From: Thermoproteota archaeon
GTDB taxonomy: Archaea > Korarchaeota > Korarchaeia > B14-G2
Direction of reading: 5' to 3'
Assembly: GCA_037917675.1 (NCBI GenBank)
Contig: JAVCBW010000046.1
Span: 1 to 37,289, forward strand
DNA length: 37,289 nucleotides
The position numbers and the translations under genes are program-made. Numbering within the stretch: the first letter of the stretch is position 1; every line of letters starts with the position of its first letter. Below the pieces are notes generated by a model. That model did no database searches and was not told the origin of the DNA. It saw only the letters and a list, made by a program, of their open reading frames with translations. This document shows positions 18,117-26,892 of the stretch, in pieces.

Positions 18117-20537
18117 CTACCCACCCTTAGGCTTGAAGTCCACTCTGGACTCCACCTGCTCACTTGGGATGTCCTCTGGGGCTCTTGGGAGGAGTATCCT
18201 ATGGTACTTGTGCTTGAGCCAGAGCTCAAGGAGGTCTGTATAGTGCCTGCTCATAGCGCTAGCTATCTGGCCTCCAGGATAGACTCCCATAGAGCTCTCT
18301 AGGCTCGAGAAGTCTACTATCATCCTCCAGCTTGGCCCATGATCTACTCTCACTCCAGCTGCGACACTGACTGTGTACATGTCTCCGTCTAGTGGTGTGA
18401 GAGGGTAGCTTAAAGCCTCTAGCTCAAGCATATGCTTGAGCTCAAGCATGTGATAGCTTCCCCAAACCCACTTGCTCAGGTCTCTGCCAAGCTCCCTGCT
18501 CAGCTTCTCTAGGGCCTTCCTGAAGCTGGCTCTGATGACATGGTCTCTGTCTTCGATTTCGCTTGTGAAGATGTTGTCAAACCACTTCTGGTAGCCTGTT
18601 ATCGTGTAGTTCTCCAAGACCTCTATCGGAGGATACATCAAGCCCTCTAGCCCAAGCTTCCTCCACTCATCTCCCCAAGTTTCCCTCTCATACTCCCCTA
18701 TCCACTCATACCATATGGTAGCTGCCACAGAATCCACTGTCATCCTATAGTCCCACTCCCTAAGGTAGCTCAGCGCCTTAGCTACAAGCTCGCTCTCAGG
18801 CTCAGCCTTCTCATATGCTGCAAGCAGGTAGGGTATGAACCTGCTTGCAGCTAGGTCATAGATGTCATTTTGGAACCTAGCCATATCCTCTAACGTGACC
18901 TTATCAGCCTCAGAGAGAAGCTGGTTTATTCTCCTAGCCCTATAGGTTGGAGCAAATATCCTACCGATGTAATATGGGTACTCGTCTCCAGCACTACGCT
19001 GGTTGGCTGAAGCCACATAGTGCTGAGGTGGATTAACCACGTGAGGTAGCTCATCAAATGGTATATACCCAGTCCACTCGTATTCTCCGCTTGAGCCGTC
19101 AGCTGGGAAGAGCCCTAGACCCCTTGCTCTAATCGGGAACCTGCCTACGACCCACATAGCTATGTTCCCTTCAGCGTCAGCATAAGCGAAGTTCTGTGGA
19201 GGACAGTGGAAGTACTTGAGTGCTTCAACGAACTCTCTGTAGCTCCTAGCCTTATTTAAGAGATAGAGCGCCTTAAGCTCGAATGTAGGCTCACTTCCAG
19301 TCCACTTCATAGCAACCTTATACCCCTTATGCACCACAATTGGGCCATGTATGGTCTCCTTTACAACAAGCCTATAGGGCTCTCTCCCTCTGACTTTGAT
19401 GACCTCCTCTATCTTCTTGACTTGAAGCCACTCTCCCCTGTAGAGGTAGAGGTCTGGGTTTTCGCTGCTGAACTTCTCGACATATAGGTCAACTACGTCA
19501 CCGCCTACATTCGTCAGCCCCCATGCTATATGCCTATTGAACCCTATCACAACAAGTGGAGCTCCAGGGAAAGTGACACCATAGACCTCAAGCTCAGGAG
19601 TTATGATGTGGACCTCATACCATAGAGGAGGTAGCGTAAGCTGGAGGTGGGGGTCGCTTGCCAGCATAGGCTTCCCTGTAGCTGACTTCACTCCATCTAC
19701 AGCCCAGTTGTTTGAGCCCAATTGCATCCAAGGGATTGAAGCCAGCTTACTGAGCTTAAGGTACTCACCTACTGTGAACGTAACATTCACATGTGGGGGC
19801 TCAAGCCTCAATATGGTTCTGCTCTGAGAGGGGACTACAGGTATGTCAAATGGCCTATACATGGGGAAGAGCTCCTCAGCCTCCTCACCAAGCTTATCCC
19901 ATATTATCTTCGCCAGTATGTCATAGAAGTTACCTGAAAGGCTCCAAGCCATCATCTTGTTCCATAGCACCATGTCATATACTGTGAAGGGCTCAGGCCT
20001 GTAGCCTAGGAGCTTGAACTCAAGTGGGAGTGCTGCCCCAGCCTCTCTTATGTACTTGTTTACTCCAGCAGCATAGGCTTCAAGAGCCCTATAGAATCCC
20101 TCGCTCTTGTTAAAGGCTTCAAGCGTCCTGGCTGCAGCCCTATTCAAGCCTATGGTCCTCATGAATATATCCTGCTCGAGAGTGCGGTTCCCGAAGACTT
20201 CAGAGAGCCTCCCTGAGGCAAGCCTCCTCTGTACATCGATCTGCCAGAGCCTGTCTCTGGCATGCAGGTAGCCTAGAGCAAAACAGGCATCAAGATAGCT
20301 TTCAGCAAACACGTGAGGGACCCCATACCTGTCTCTCAAGACAGCTACTGGAGACTTAAGCTGCTTGTCTCTAACAACCATGGTGCTAGGATACTCTGCT
20401 GAGATGGCTGACGAAAAGAAGCCTGATGGAGCTAGAAGCATCCCTATTGGGGGCATCAGCCCAACAGGAAGCGATAACGCAAGCAGAAGCAGAGCTAGAG
20501 CAGAAGCCAGCGCAGCTAGACCACGCAAGCTGACCAC
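18117..20537 (-). CDS. Penicillin acylase family Ntn-hydrolase (peptidase S45), membrane-anchored/secreted
   Basis: RDRYGVPHV, GYLHARDRLWQ, GSNNWAV (N-terminal nucleophile Ser), ASDPHL, PPQNFAYAD, SANQ, GPSWRM. N-terminal hydrophobic helix. Confidence 0.93.
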   Translation of the reverse strand: MVSLRGLAALASALALLLLALSLPVGLMPPIGMLLAPSGFFSSAISAEYPSTMVVRDKQLKSPVAVLRDRYGVPHVFAESYLDACFALGYLHARDRLWQIDVQRRLASGRLSEVFGNRTLEQDIFMRTIGLNRAAARTLEAFNKSEGFYRALEAYAAGVNKYIREAGAALPLEFKLLGYRPEPFTVYDMVLWNKMMAWSLSGNFYDILAKIIWDKLGEEAEELFPMYRPFDIPVVPSQSRTILRLEPPHVNVTFTVGEYLKLSKLASIPWMQLGSNNWAVDGVKSATGKPMLASDPHLQLTLPPLWYEVHIITPELEVYGVTFPGAPLVVIGFNRHIAWGLTNVGGDVVDLYVEKFSSENPDLYLYRGEWLQVKKIEEVIKVRGREPYRLVVKETIHGPIVVHKGYKVAMKWTGSEPTFELKALYLLNKARSYREFVEALKYFHCPPQNFAYADAEGNIAMWVVGRFPIRARGLGLFPADGSSGEYEWTGYIPFDELPHVVNPPQHYVASANQRSAGDEYPYYIGRIFAPTYRARRINQLLSEADKVTLEDMARFQNDIYDLAASRFIPYLLAAYEKAEPESELVAKALSYLREWDYRMTVDSVAATIWYEWIGEYERETWGDEWRKLGLEGLMYPPIEVLENYTITGYQKWFDNIFTSEIEDRDHVIRASFRKALEKLSRELGRDLSKWVWGSYHMLELKHMLELEALSYPLTPLDGDMYTVSVAAGVRVDHGPSWRMIVDFSSLESSMGVYPGGQIASAMSRHYTDLLELWLKHKYHRILLPRAPEDIPSEQVESRVDFKPKGG

Positions 20538-20604
20538 AGCATGCCCTTACCCTCCACCCTTATATCTGTTGATCCAAGCATATAGGAGCTATGGGGCAGT
20601 GTGC

Positions 20605-21483
20605 TTATTCCTGAAGCTTAACAACTAGGCCTCCAGGATCTACACCGAGGCTCCTAGCTATAGGGGCGCACTTGGCTTTCAGAATGAAGTATACTCTAGC
20701 TGGCGGTGCTGCAGCTGGGTCGCTTAGCGTCTCATAGTGCGCCATGCCCTTAGCTATTATCACAGGTGTGCTCCAGACCTCATGCACCACGCTCTCGTCA
20801 ACCTCTCCTGGAATAAGGCTCGATGCATCTGAGCCAGTTGCAATGTAGCTGTCAAACCACCTGTCGAGGCCGAGCTCCAGGAACTCTCTGACAGTTATGT
20901 CGTTCTGGAAGGGCTTAGACTTGACTACAGCCTTAACCCTCACCCCAAGCCCCCTAAGCTCTCTAGCCAGCAGAGCATCGATGATGGCTTCACCAGCGTT
21001 ATCAAGGAGCATGCATGCTTCTCCTACCTCGACAACGTCTTCGAAGAGCCTCCCAGAGTCGTCTATGGCAAGCTTGCTTGACCACATCTGCTCCTCAAGG
21101 CTCTTTAAGCTGAAGCTATAGCCTGCTACACCGAAGTCAATGGAGTTTGCGGTAGCAGAGAGCCTACAGCATAGCATAACCCTCTCCCTACTGTCATCTA
21201 TATGCTGGAGGAGCTCCTCAGCTAGCCTAGCCAACCTGGCTCCAGCTCTGTTAGCTCGAGCCTTAACAGCAGCATAAGGGTCCTCTACTCCAGTGAGCTT
21301 CTTAACCAGCCTAAAGCTCCAGGTTGCTAGCCTGGTGACAAGCACTCCGCTACTGCCTCTCTCAGCTAGTAGCTTCATGACCTCTCTGACATGGTTCACA
21401 GCCTGCCTACCACTCTCTAGCAGAGAGATCTCCCTAGCTCTCACCTGAGCTATGCAAGGCAGACACTCGGCCTCAACTCTCAG
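20605..21483 (-). CDS. DUF89/ARMT1-like damage-control metal-dependent phosphatase; probable CTG start at 21483
   Basis: RVEAECLPC N-terminus, DPY...K, ANSIDFG, LDNAGEAIID, PFQND, IAKGMAHYETL, LKAKC.PIA. The listed ORF starts at 21552. Confidence 0.88.
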   Translation of the reverse strand: MRVEAECLPCIAQVRAREISLLESGRQAVNHVREVMKLLAERGSSGVLVTRLATWSFRLVKKLTGVEDPYAAVKARANRAGARLARLAEELLQHIDDSRERVMLCCRLSATANSIDFGVAGYSFSLKSLEEQMWSSKLAIDDSGRLFEDVVEVGEACMLLDNAGEAIIDALLARELRGLGVRVKAVVKSKPFQNDITVREFLELGLDRWFDSYIATGSDASSLIPGEVDESVVHEVWSTPVIIAKGMAHYETLSDPAAAPPARVYFILKAKCAPIARSLGVDPGGLVVKLQE

Positions 21484-21629
21484 TGTAGACCCCCAGCCCC
21501 GATAGGCTAACCTTGAATAACCTAACGCCACGAAGCTATGTCCTGCTGCCATGCTGAGACAGCTGCTAAAAGGTTCTCGAGTTCATGCAATAGATTTTAA
21601 GCTCCCTCCCACATGACATGTGATGGCCT

Positions 21630-22949
21630 TTGAGTGAGCTGATCTTAGGCAGGCGCTTAGACGACAGCGAGTTCAAGCTGAGGGTAAAGGAGCTTCTCAC
21701 TGGCAGGACAGCTATAGTAGCGAAGACTGGATACGGGAAGTCCTGGGCTCTCAGGAGGATAGCTGAGCAGCTCCTAGACCTCGGGTACCCAGTTGGAATA
21801 GTAGATCCAGAGGGAGAGCATGTTACCATAGCTGACGCATATGACATGCTCATAATATCACCAGATGGCGACGTGGATATACTGAAGGTCTCAGCTAGGA
21901 GGCTAGCCAAGGCAGCTCTTAGCGGGGTAGGCTTTATCCTAGACCTCTCAAAGTATGCTCCTGAGCATGCTGCCCAGGCCTTCTCTACTCTAGCTGAAAG
22001 CATGCTGAAGGAGGGGGGCCAAGGCTACCTGATAGCAGTAGATGAGGCTAGAGAGCTAGCTCCAGAGAGGGGTGCTAGAAGTGTTCTCGGAAAGCAGTCT
22101 GCCATGACCCTCACATGGCTCAATACCCTAGCTATAAGAGGCAGGAAGAGAGGAATAGGGCTCCTCTTTACAACACAGCGTCCACAGCTGATATCAAAGA
22201 CCCTTCTCAGCCAGGCTGAAAACAAGATAATCCTCAGAATAGAGTACACAGCTGACATAAAGGTTGTATCGAAGTTCATGGGGCTAAGCAGCAGCATAGC
22301 CTCTAGGATAAAGCACCTAGACAGGGGAGTAGCATATGTAGAGGGCCCCTTCACAGAGTCACCAGGCTTTGTCAAGATAGGCCCAGTGAAGACAGTCCAC
22401 CTAGGAGAGACACCACAGCCTAAGCCTAGGCCACCACCAAGCTTAGCTGAGGTAGTCAGGTACATATCAGCTGAGCCGCTAGAAGAGCCTCAGGAGGCTG
22501 AGCAGCCTGAAGCTAAGGAGCCCACAGCCAGAGAGCCTCATGTGACTCTAGACTTAGCCTGGGCTCCACTCGATAAGTTCAGGTCTAGGGAGATATCTAA
22601 GCTGGTAGCTAGCAGAGCTAAGGTCAGGAGGCTCCTTGAGCTCCTAGAGTCCTCAAGGGATGACATGAAGCCCCAAGTCTATGGCCTGCTTAAGATGGAG
22701 TATGAGAGCCAGCTTAAAAAGCTTGAGAGTAGGATAGAGCCATACAGGAGGGAAGCTCAGCTGATAGAGCTGGCTATAGAGGCAGCGATGAAAGATAGGG
22801 AGCTTAAGCTCAAGCAAGCTGAGGAGGAAGCTCAGAGCCTACTTGCGAGGATAGCTTCAGCTAGGCTCAGAAGGAGGCTGAGAAGGGAGCTGAGCGAGCT
22901 CGCCAGGAGGCTAGCTGAGGTCAGAGGCGTCTTAAGGGCCCTCAGCTGA
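21630..22949 (+). CDS. HerA/FtsK-superfamily (DUF87) P-loop ATPase with Pro-rich linker and C-terminal coiled coil
   Basis: Walker A AKTGYGKS, IVDPEGEH, Walker B IAVDEA, RGRKRG arginine finger, TQRP. Then PQPKPRPPP and a helical charged tail. Confidence 0.85.
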   Translation: MSELILGRRLDDSEFKLRVKELLTGRTAIVAKTGYGKSWALRRIAEQLLDLGYPVGIVDPEGEHVTIADAYDMLIISPDGDVDILKVSARRLAKAALSGVGFILDLSKYAPEHAAQAFSTLAESMLKEGGQGYLIAVDEARELAPERGARSVLGKQSAMTLTWLNTLAIRGRKRGIGLLFTTQRPQLISKTLLSQAENKIILRIEYTADIKVVSKFMGLSSSIASRIKHLDRGVAYVEGPFTESPGFVKIGPVKTVHLGETPQPKPRPPPSLAEVVRYISAEPLEEPQEAEQPEAKEPTAREPHVTLDLAWAPLDKFRSREISKLVASRAKVRRLLELLESSRDDMKPQVYGLLKMEYESQLKKLESRIEPYRREAQLIELAIEAAMKDRELKLKQAEEEAQSLLARIASARLRRRLRRELSELARRLAEVRGVLRALS

Positions 22950-23052
22950 CCCCTACTCTCCTATGGCAGCTTATAGCCAAGCAGACACCTGAAGCCTGCC
23001 CTACTCCTCTTAAAGCTACACTTATTTAATAGAAGCTTAGTATGTGGCTCCC

Positions 23053-23985
23053 ATGGTAGCCCTGCTAGATGAGGCTATAGTGAGAGTTGTAGAAGAAGTT
23101 AAGCCGAGCGTAGTGGCAGTTGGAAGCGTCAGAGTTGTCTCAAGCTACTACTAGACTCCCATACCAGTCAGGGGGATAGCTTCAGGCATAGTAGTGGGGG
23201 AAGACGGCTACATACTGACAAATACACACGTGATAGGGCATGCTAGAGCGGTTGAGGTAGCTCTCACCACGGGAGAGGTCTTTAGGAGCAGGCTTATCGG
23301 AGCAGACTTCAAGTATGACCTAGCTCTACTGAAGATAGATGCGTCAGGCTTGAAGCCAGCTAAGCTGGGTGACTCAGATAAGCTGAAGGTTGGGCAGATA
23401 GTCTTAGCTATAGGAAGCCCACTTGGGCTAGCTGGAGAGCCTACGGTCACTATGGGTGTTATAAGCGCGCTGAACAGGACAATAAAGTCTGAAAGAGGCA
23501 TGTTCGAAGGGATGATCCAGACTGACGCAGCCATAAACCCAGGAAACAGCGGAGGGCCACTAGTAAATCTCAGTGGGGAAGTTGTTGGAGTAAGTACAGC
23601 TGTGATACCATACGCCCAAGGCATAGGCTTCGCCATACCAGCTAACAGAGCTAAGAAGGCTATAGAGGACTTCATCAGGTATGGCCGTGTGATGAGGCCT
23701 TGGCTCGGAGTATATACCATAACAGTCACACCAAAGATAGCTGAGCTCTATGGCCTACACCCGAAGTCAGGGGCGCTTGTAGTTGAAGTCCTCTCAGGAA
23801 GCCCAGCATACTATAGCGGTATGAGGCCAGGTGATGTCATAGTAGAGCTGGGTGGAGTGGAGATAAGGTCAACCAGAGACCTCCAGAAGGCTATAGAGGA
23901 GAGGAGAGTCGGAGAGGCTGTGAGCATCAAGGTCTATAGAGGGGCTATAGAGCTGGAGCTCCACGTGACCCTCACAGAAGCCTAG
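23053..23985 (+). CDS. htrA: HtrA/DegP-family serine protease with PDZ domain, interrupted by one in-frame TAG at 23152-23154 (recent pseudogene, read-through or sequence error)
   Basis: ATG 23053 after TATA TTATTTAATA gives MVALLDEAIVRVVEEVKPSVVAVGSVRVVSSYY*TPIPVRGIASGIVV, in frame with ORF 23194. The triad TNTHV / YDLAL / GNSGGP is intact, followed by RPWLG and a PDZ domain. Confidence 0.88.
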
Positions 23986-24604
23986 TGGAGCATAGGTCAG
24001 CTAGAGGGCAGCTCCTACACCTAGGGTCTCTAGCTCTACATACCAAGGCAGCGAAGTCTAGCATAGCGAGGTTAAGCTCCCTAGGGCAGCCTGCCTCCCT
24101 CAGCAGCCTCTCATAAACCTCTCTTACCTGGAGCTCATCTACTCCAGCTAGCCTAGAGACGAGCCTCCTCGTGTTGGTGTCTATCGTAGGCGTCCTCTCA
24201 CCATATGCGTAGCACAAGACTACACTTGCAATGTAGTCTCCTACACCAGGGAGCTCCACCAGCTTGCTCCTAGACCTCGGAACTCCTCCACCATACACCC
24301 TACAGAGCACCTCCGCCAGCTTGACAAGCTCTCTAGCTCTCCTCCTATACATGCCAAGAGGCCTCAAGTCTCTCTCAAGCTCCTCAGCTCCAGCTCTAAG
24401 CACATCCCAAGGGCCTCTGTACTTCGCAGCTAGCCTAGGGTAAAGCTGAGATACAGCCTTAGCCCCAGTCTTCCTCAGCAGAACCCCAGCTAGCAGGATA
24501 AGCCAAGGGCTTCTCACACTACGCCACGGAAACACCCTCCTATTACTCCTCCACCACCTGAGGAGCCTACCTACAGCCTCACGCTCCCACATGAACCAAA
24601 GCAC
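23972..24604 (-). CDS. HhH-GPD DNA glycosylase with 4Fe-4S cluster, MIG (T/U:G mismatch glycosylase)/MutY-like
   Basis: RRVFPWR, LLRKT (MIG-like, versus MLQQT in MutY), HhH LPGVGDYIA, DTN, LDFAALVC.ARDPRCRSCPLADLC. Confidence 0.85.
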   Translation of the reverse strand: MLWFMWEREAVGRLLRWWRSNRRVFPWRSVRSPWLILLAGVLLRKTGAKAVSQLYPRLAAKYRGPWDVLRAGAEELERDLRPLGMYRRRARELVKLAEVLCRVYGGGVPRSRSKLVELPGVGDYIASVVLCYAYGERTPTIDTNTRRLVSRLAGVDELQVREVYERLLREAGCPRELNLAMLDFAALVCRARDPRCRSCPLADLCSTRLL

Positions 24605-24713
24605 CAGTCAATGCTAGCTCATACTCTACGATATCAAGGCTCTAATAGAGCCAGCATAGCAGCTACATGCCATACAGGGAGGCAAGCCTGAGCTAGATAG
24701 ATATGAGACGCCT

Positions 24714-24941
24714 CTACTCATGCACCTCACTCTGGTACATAGCTGTCTTAGCTCTGCTATCATCCATATCCCTCATAGCCTTCATAAGCCTATACCTCCT
24801 GACAAGCTTCCTGAGGCAGTCTCTCACAGCTTCAGGTACGTCCACCCCCTCCTCAGCCATCTCCTTAAGGACATCAGCAACCTCCTCCTCTATTCTGATA
24901 GAGTAAACTACACCAGGCCCCTTAAGCCTCCTCCTATGCAA
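24714..24941 (-). CDS. Small ribbon-helix-helix (CopG/VapB-like) DNA-binding protein
   Basis: VVYSIRIEEEVADVLKEM...VDVPEAVRDCL fits a strand-helix-helix pattern. SD AGGTGG precedes TTG 24941. Confidence 0.65.
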   Translation of the reverse strand: MHRRRLKGPGVVYSIRIEEEVADVLKEMAEEGVDVPEAVRDCLRKLVRRYRLMKAMRDMDDSRAKTAMYQSEVHE

Positions 24942-25182
24942 GCTTCCACCTATAGCTTGCCCATAAGCTGCTGTGAAATAAGTCTTCAGCTAAGCCCTGC
25001 TAGAACCTACGTGTCTGCAGAAAGCTTAGAGAATATGTGGAGCAAGCTTGGCGTCAGGCTGCAAGCTCTCAGCTACATCATCAGAGAGCTACATTAAGAT
25101 GCCTTAGATGCCAGTGCCACGTGAGCTCAGCTAGACAGAGTGTTAGTAAGCCTTAAGTACTCTACTAGAACATGCCTCCTAG

Positions 25183-26871
25183 GTGAGCTACTTGAGGTTA
25201 CAGCTAGCTCTGCTAGCTATCTTAATGCTTCTGCCAGCAGCTACCGCGCCTCTGAAGTCTACTGGAGCCCAGGCTCCACTGCTATGGACCTATGATGTAG
25301 GAGAGGAGGTCTATGTGGTCGACATCTCCAATAACGGCAGCATAGTAGCATATGCGTCCCAAAGCAAGGTGGGTCTGCTAAGCTCGCTTGGAACCCAGAC
25401 CTGGTATACCCCTGCAAATCCGACTATAGCTAGGAAAGGCCTAGACCTCTCACCAGATGGCACCTACCTTATATTCGCTGACGGCGAGAAGGTAGCACTC
25501 TACACTACTACAGCTGTCAAGATGTGGGAGAAGAGCTATGCTCCATATGCTGCAGCTGAGGTCTCAACTTCAGCAGAAGGCCTTGTCTCAGCTGTGGTGG
25601 AGTCGACTAGGCTCCACATCTACAACAGAGCTGGAGCTGAAATAGGGTCAGCAAGCTCTGTTAGAGGAGACTTCCAGGCAGTAGATGTCTCAGCTAATGG
25701 GGTTGCAGTAGCTGCTGGAGGAGACATCCTTGACACACACATCTACATGTACAGCCCAGATGGCAGCTCTAAGTGGCCACCATATGATGCTGGCTGGGAA
25801 GTCTATGACGTCGAGCTAGACCCTGGAGGAAGGTTCCTAGCTGCTGCAGCAGACAAGATGTTCTTCTTTGACTCAAGTGGCCTGGTATGGAGCACTTGGC
25901 TCATTGGTGCGTCATCTGTTTCAGTGTCTGCTCAAGCCCTCTTCATAGCTGTTGGAGCCCCATCTGGAGTCTACCTCTACACGAAAACAGGCAGCCAGCT
26001 TGCAGCCTGGAGCACATCTGGAGATGTCCTCTCAGTAAGCATATCAGGTGATGGTGCCTGGATAGCAGCTGGGAGCGAAGATGGATTTGTCTACATGTTT
26101 TCAAGAGATAGTGGGCTGGTGTGGAGCTATAATACTGGAAGCAGGGTCAATTGTGTGGCTATATCAGCTGACGGCTCTTGTGTAGCTGCAGCCTCAGGTA
26201 CCAGAGTCTACTACTTCAGCCAAGCTGCTCCTGGAGGAGACCTGTCAGGCTACCCTGAGCCTTTTGTCTCAGCTGGTGTGCTCAATGTCACGTTCATAAT
26301 CGGAGATAGCGCTCCTCATGGATTCTATGGCCTCGGAGCTTGGACCATGGATGTGGGTGGTGCGATAGCTATAGCTAGCAGGCTTGGTGTCGAGGCCTCC
26401 TCTGGAGCTGCAAGCTGGGGCTTAGACACATGGTACGCAGAGTGGACTGGAAGCGATGTAGCTATAGACTGGAGTAGTGTCCCTGTAGCAAATGTGATCT
26501 ATGCTGGAGGCCCTGGAGTCAACATGTTTGCTTGGAAGTTTGAGAAGTTTGGTGGCTGCCCCTTCTACGCCATACTCATCGACGGAGTACCATGCCTACA
26601 CTCTGACCTGACAGGAGAAGACTACAGCTATGGTAGCGGATACGACTATGCGCTCATAGCACTACACTACCATCAGGGGAGGTGGCATCTCCTAGCATGG
26701 GGGCTGACTGCAAACGGGACTGCTGCAGCATCTCAAGTCCTCCAGCACTACGACATGTACCCAGGGGTTTTAGATGGCAGAGCAGTCATAATCAGATGGG
26801 AGGATACAAACGGGAATGGAGTAGTTGACCTAGGTGATAGCATAGAGGGAGTAGAGCACTGGAGTGGCTAG
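25183..26871 (+). CDS. Secreted WD40/PQQ-like beta-propeller protein fused to an archaeal S-layer-like C-terminal domain
   Basis: Signal peptide; repeats V.IS.DG..IAAGS.DG.VY.F...G...W; C-terminal YPEPFV...IIGDSA...DVGGAIAIA...NVIYAGGPGVN...G...GTAAA; terminal DTNGNGVVD Ca-binding loop. Confidence 0.78.
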   Translation: MSYLRLQLALLAILMLLPAATAPLKSTGAQAPLLWTYDVGEEVYVVDISNNGSIVAYASQSKVGLLSSLGTQTWYTPANPTIARKGLDLSPDGTYLIFADGEKVALYTTTAVKMWEKSYAPYAAAEVSTSAEGLVSAVVESTRLHIYNRAGAEIGSASSVRGDFQAVDVSANGVAVAAGGDILDTHIYMYSPDGSSKWPPYDAGWEVYDVELDPGGRFLAAAADKMFFFDSSGLVWSTWLIGASSVSVSAQALFIAVGAPSGVYLYTKTGSQLAAWSTSGDVLSVSISGDGAWIAAGSEDGFVYMFSRDSGLVWSYNTGSRVNCVAISADGSCVAAASGTRVYYFSQAAPGGDLSGYPEPFVSAGVLNVTFIIGDSAPHGFYGLGAWTMDVGGAIAIASRLGVEASSGAASWGLDTWYAEWTGSDVAIDWSSVPVANVIYAGGPGVNMFAWKFEKFGGCPFYAILIDGVPCLHSDLTGEDYSYGSGYDYALIALHYHQGRWHLLAWGLTANGTAAASQVLQHYDMYPGVLDGRAVIIRWEDTNGNGVVDLGDSIEGVEHWSG

Positions 26872-26892
26872 CAGCTAGCCACACTCCCATTT

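Noticed and set aside
20605-22949. HerA plus neighbour as an anti-phage defence system (Sir2-HerA/Nezha-like)
   Set aside because: The neighbour is a divergently transcribed housekeeping DUF89 phosphatase, and no nuclease or NADase effector is adjacent.
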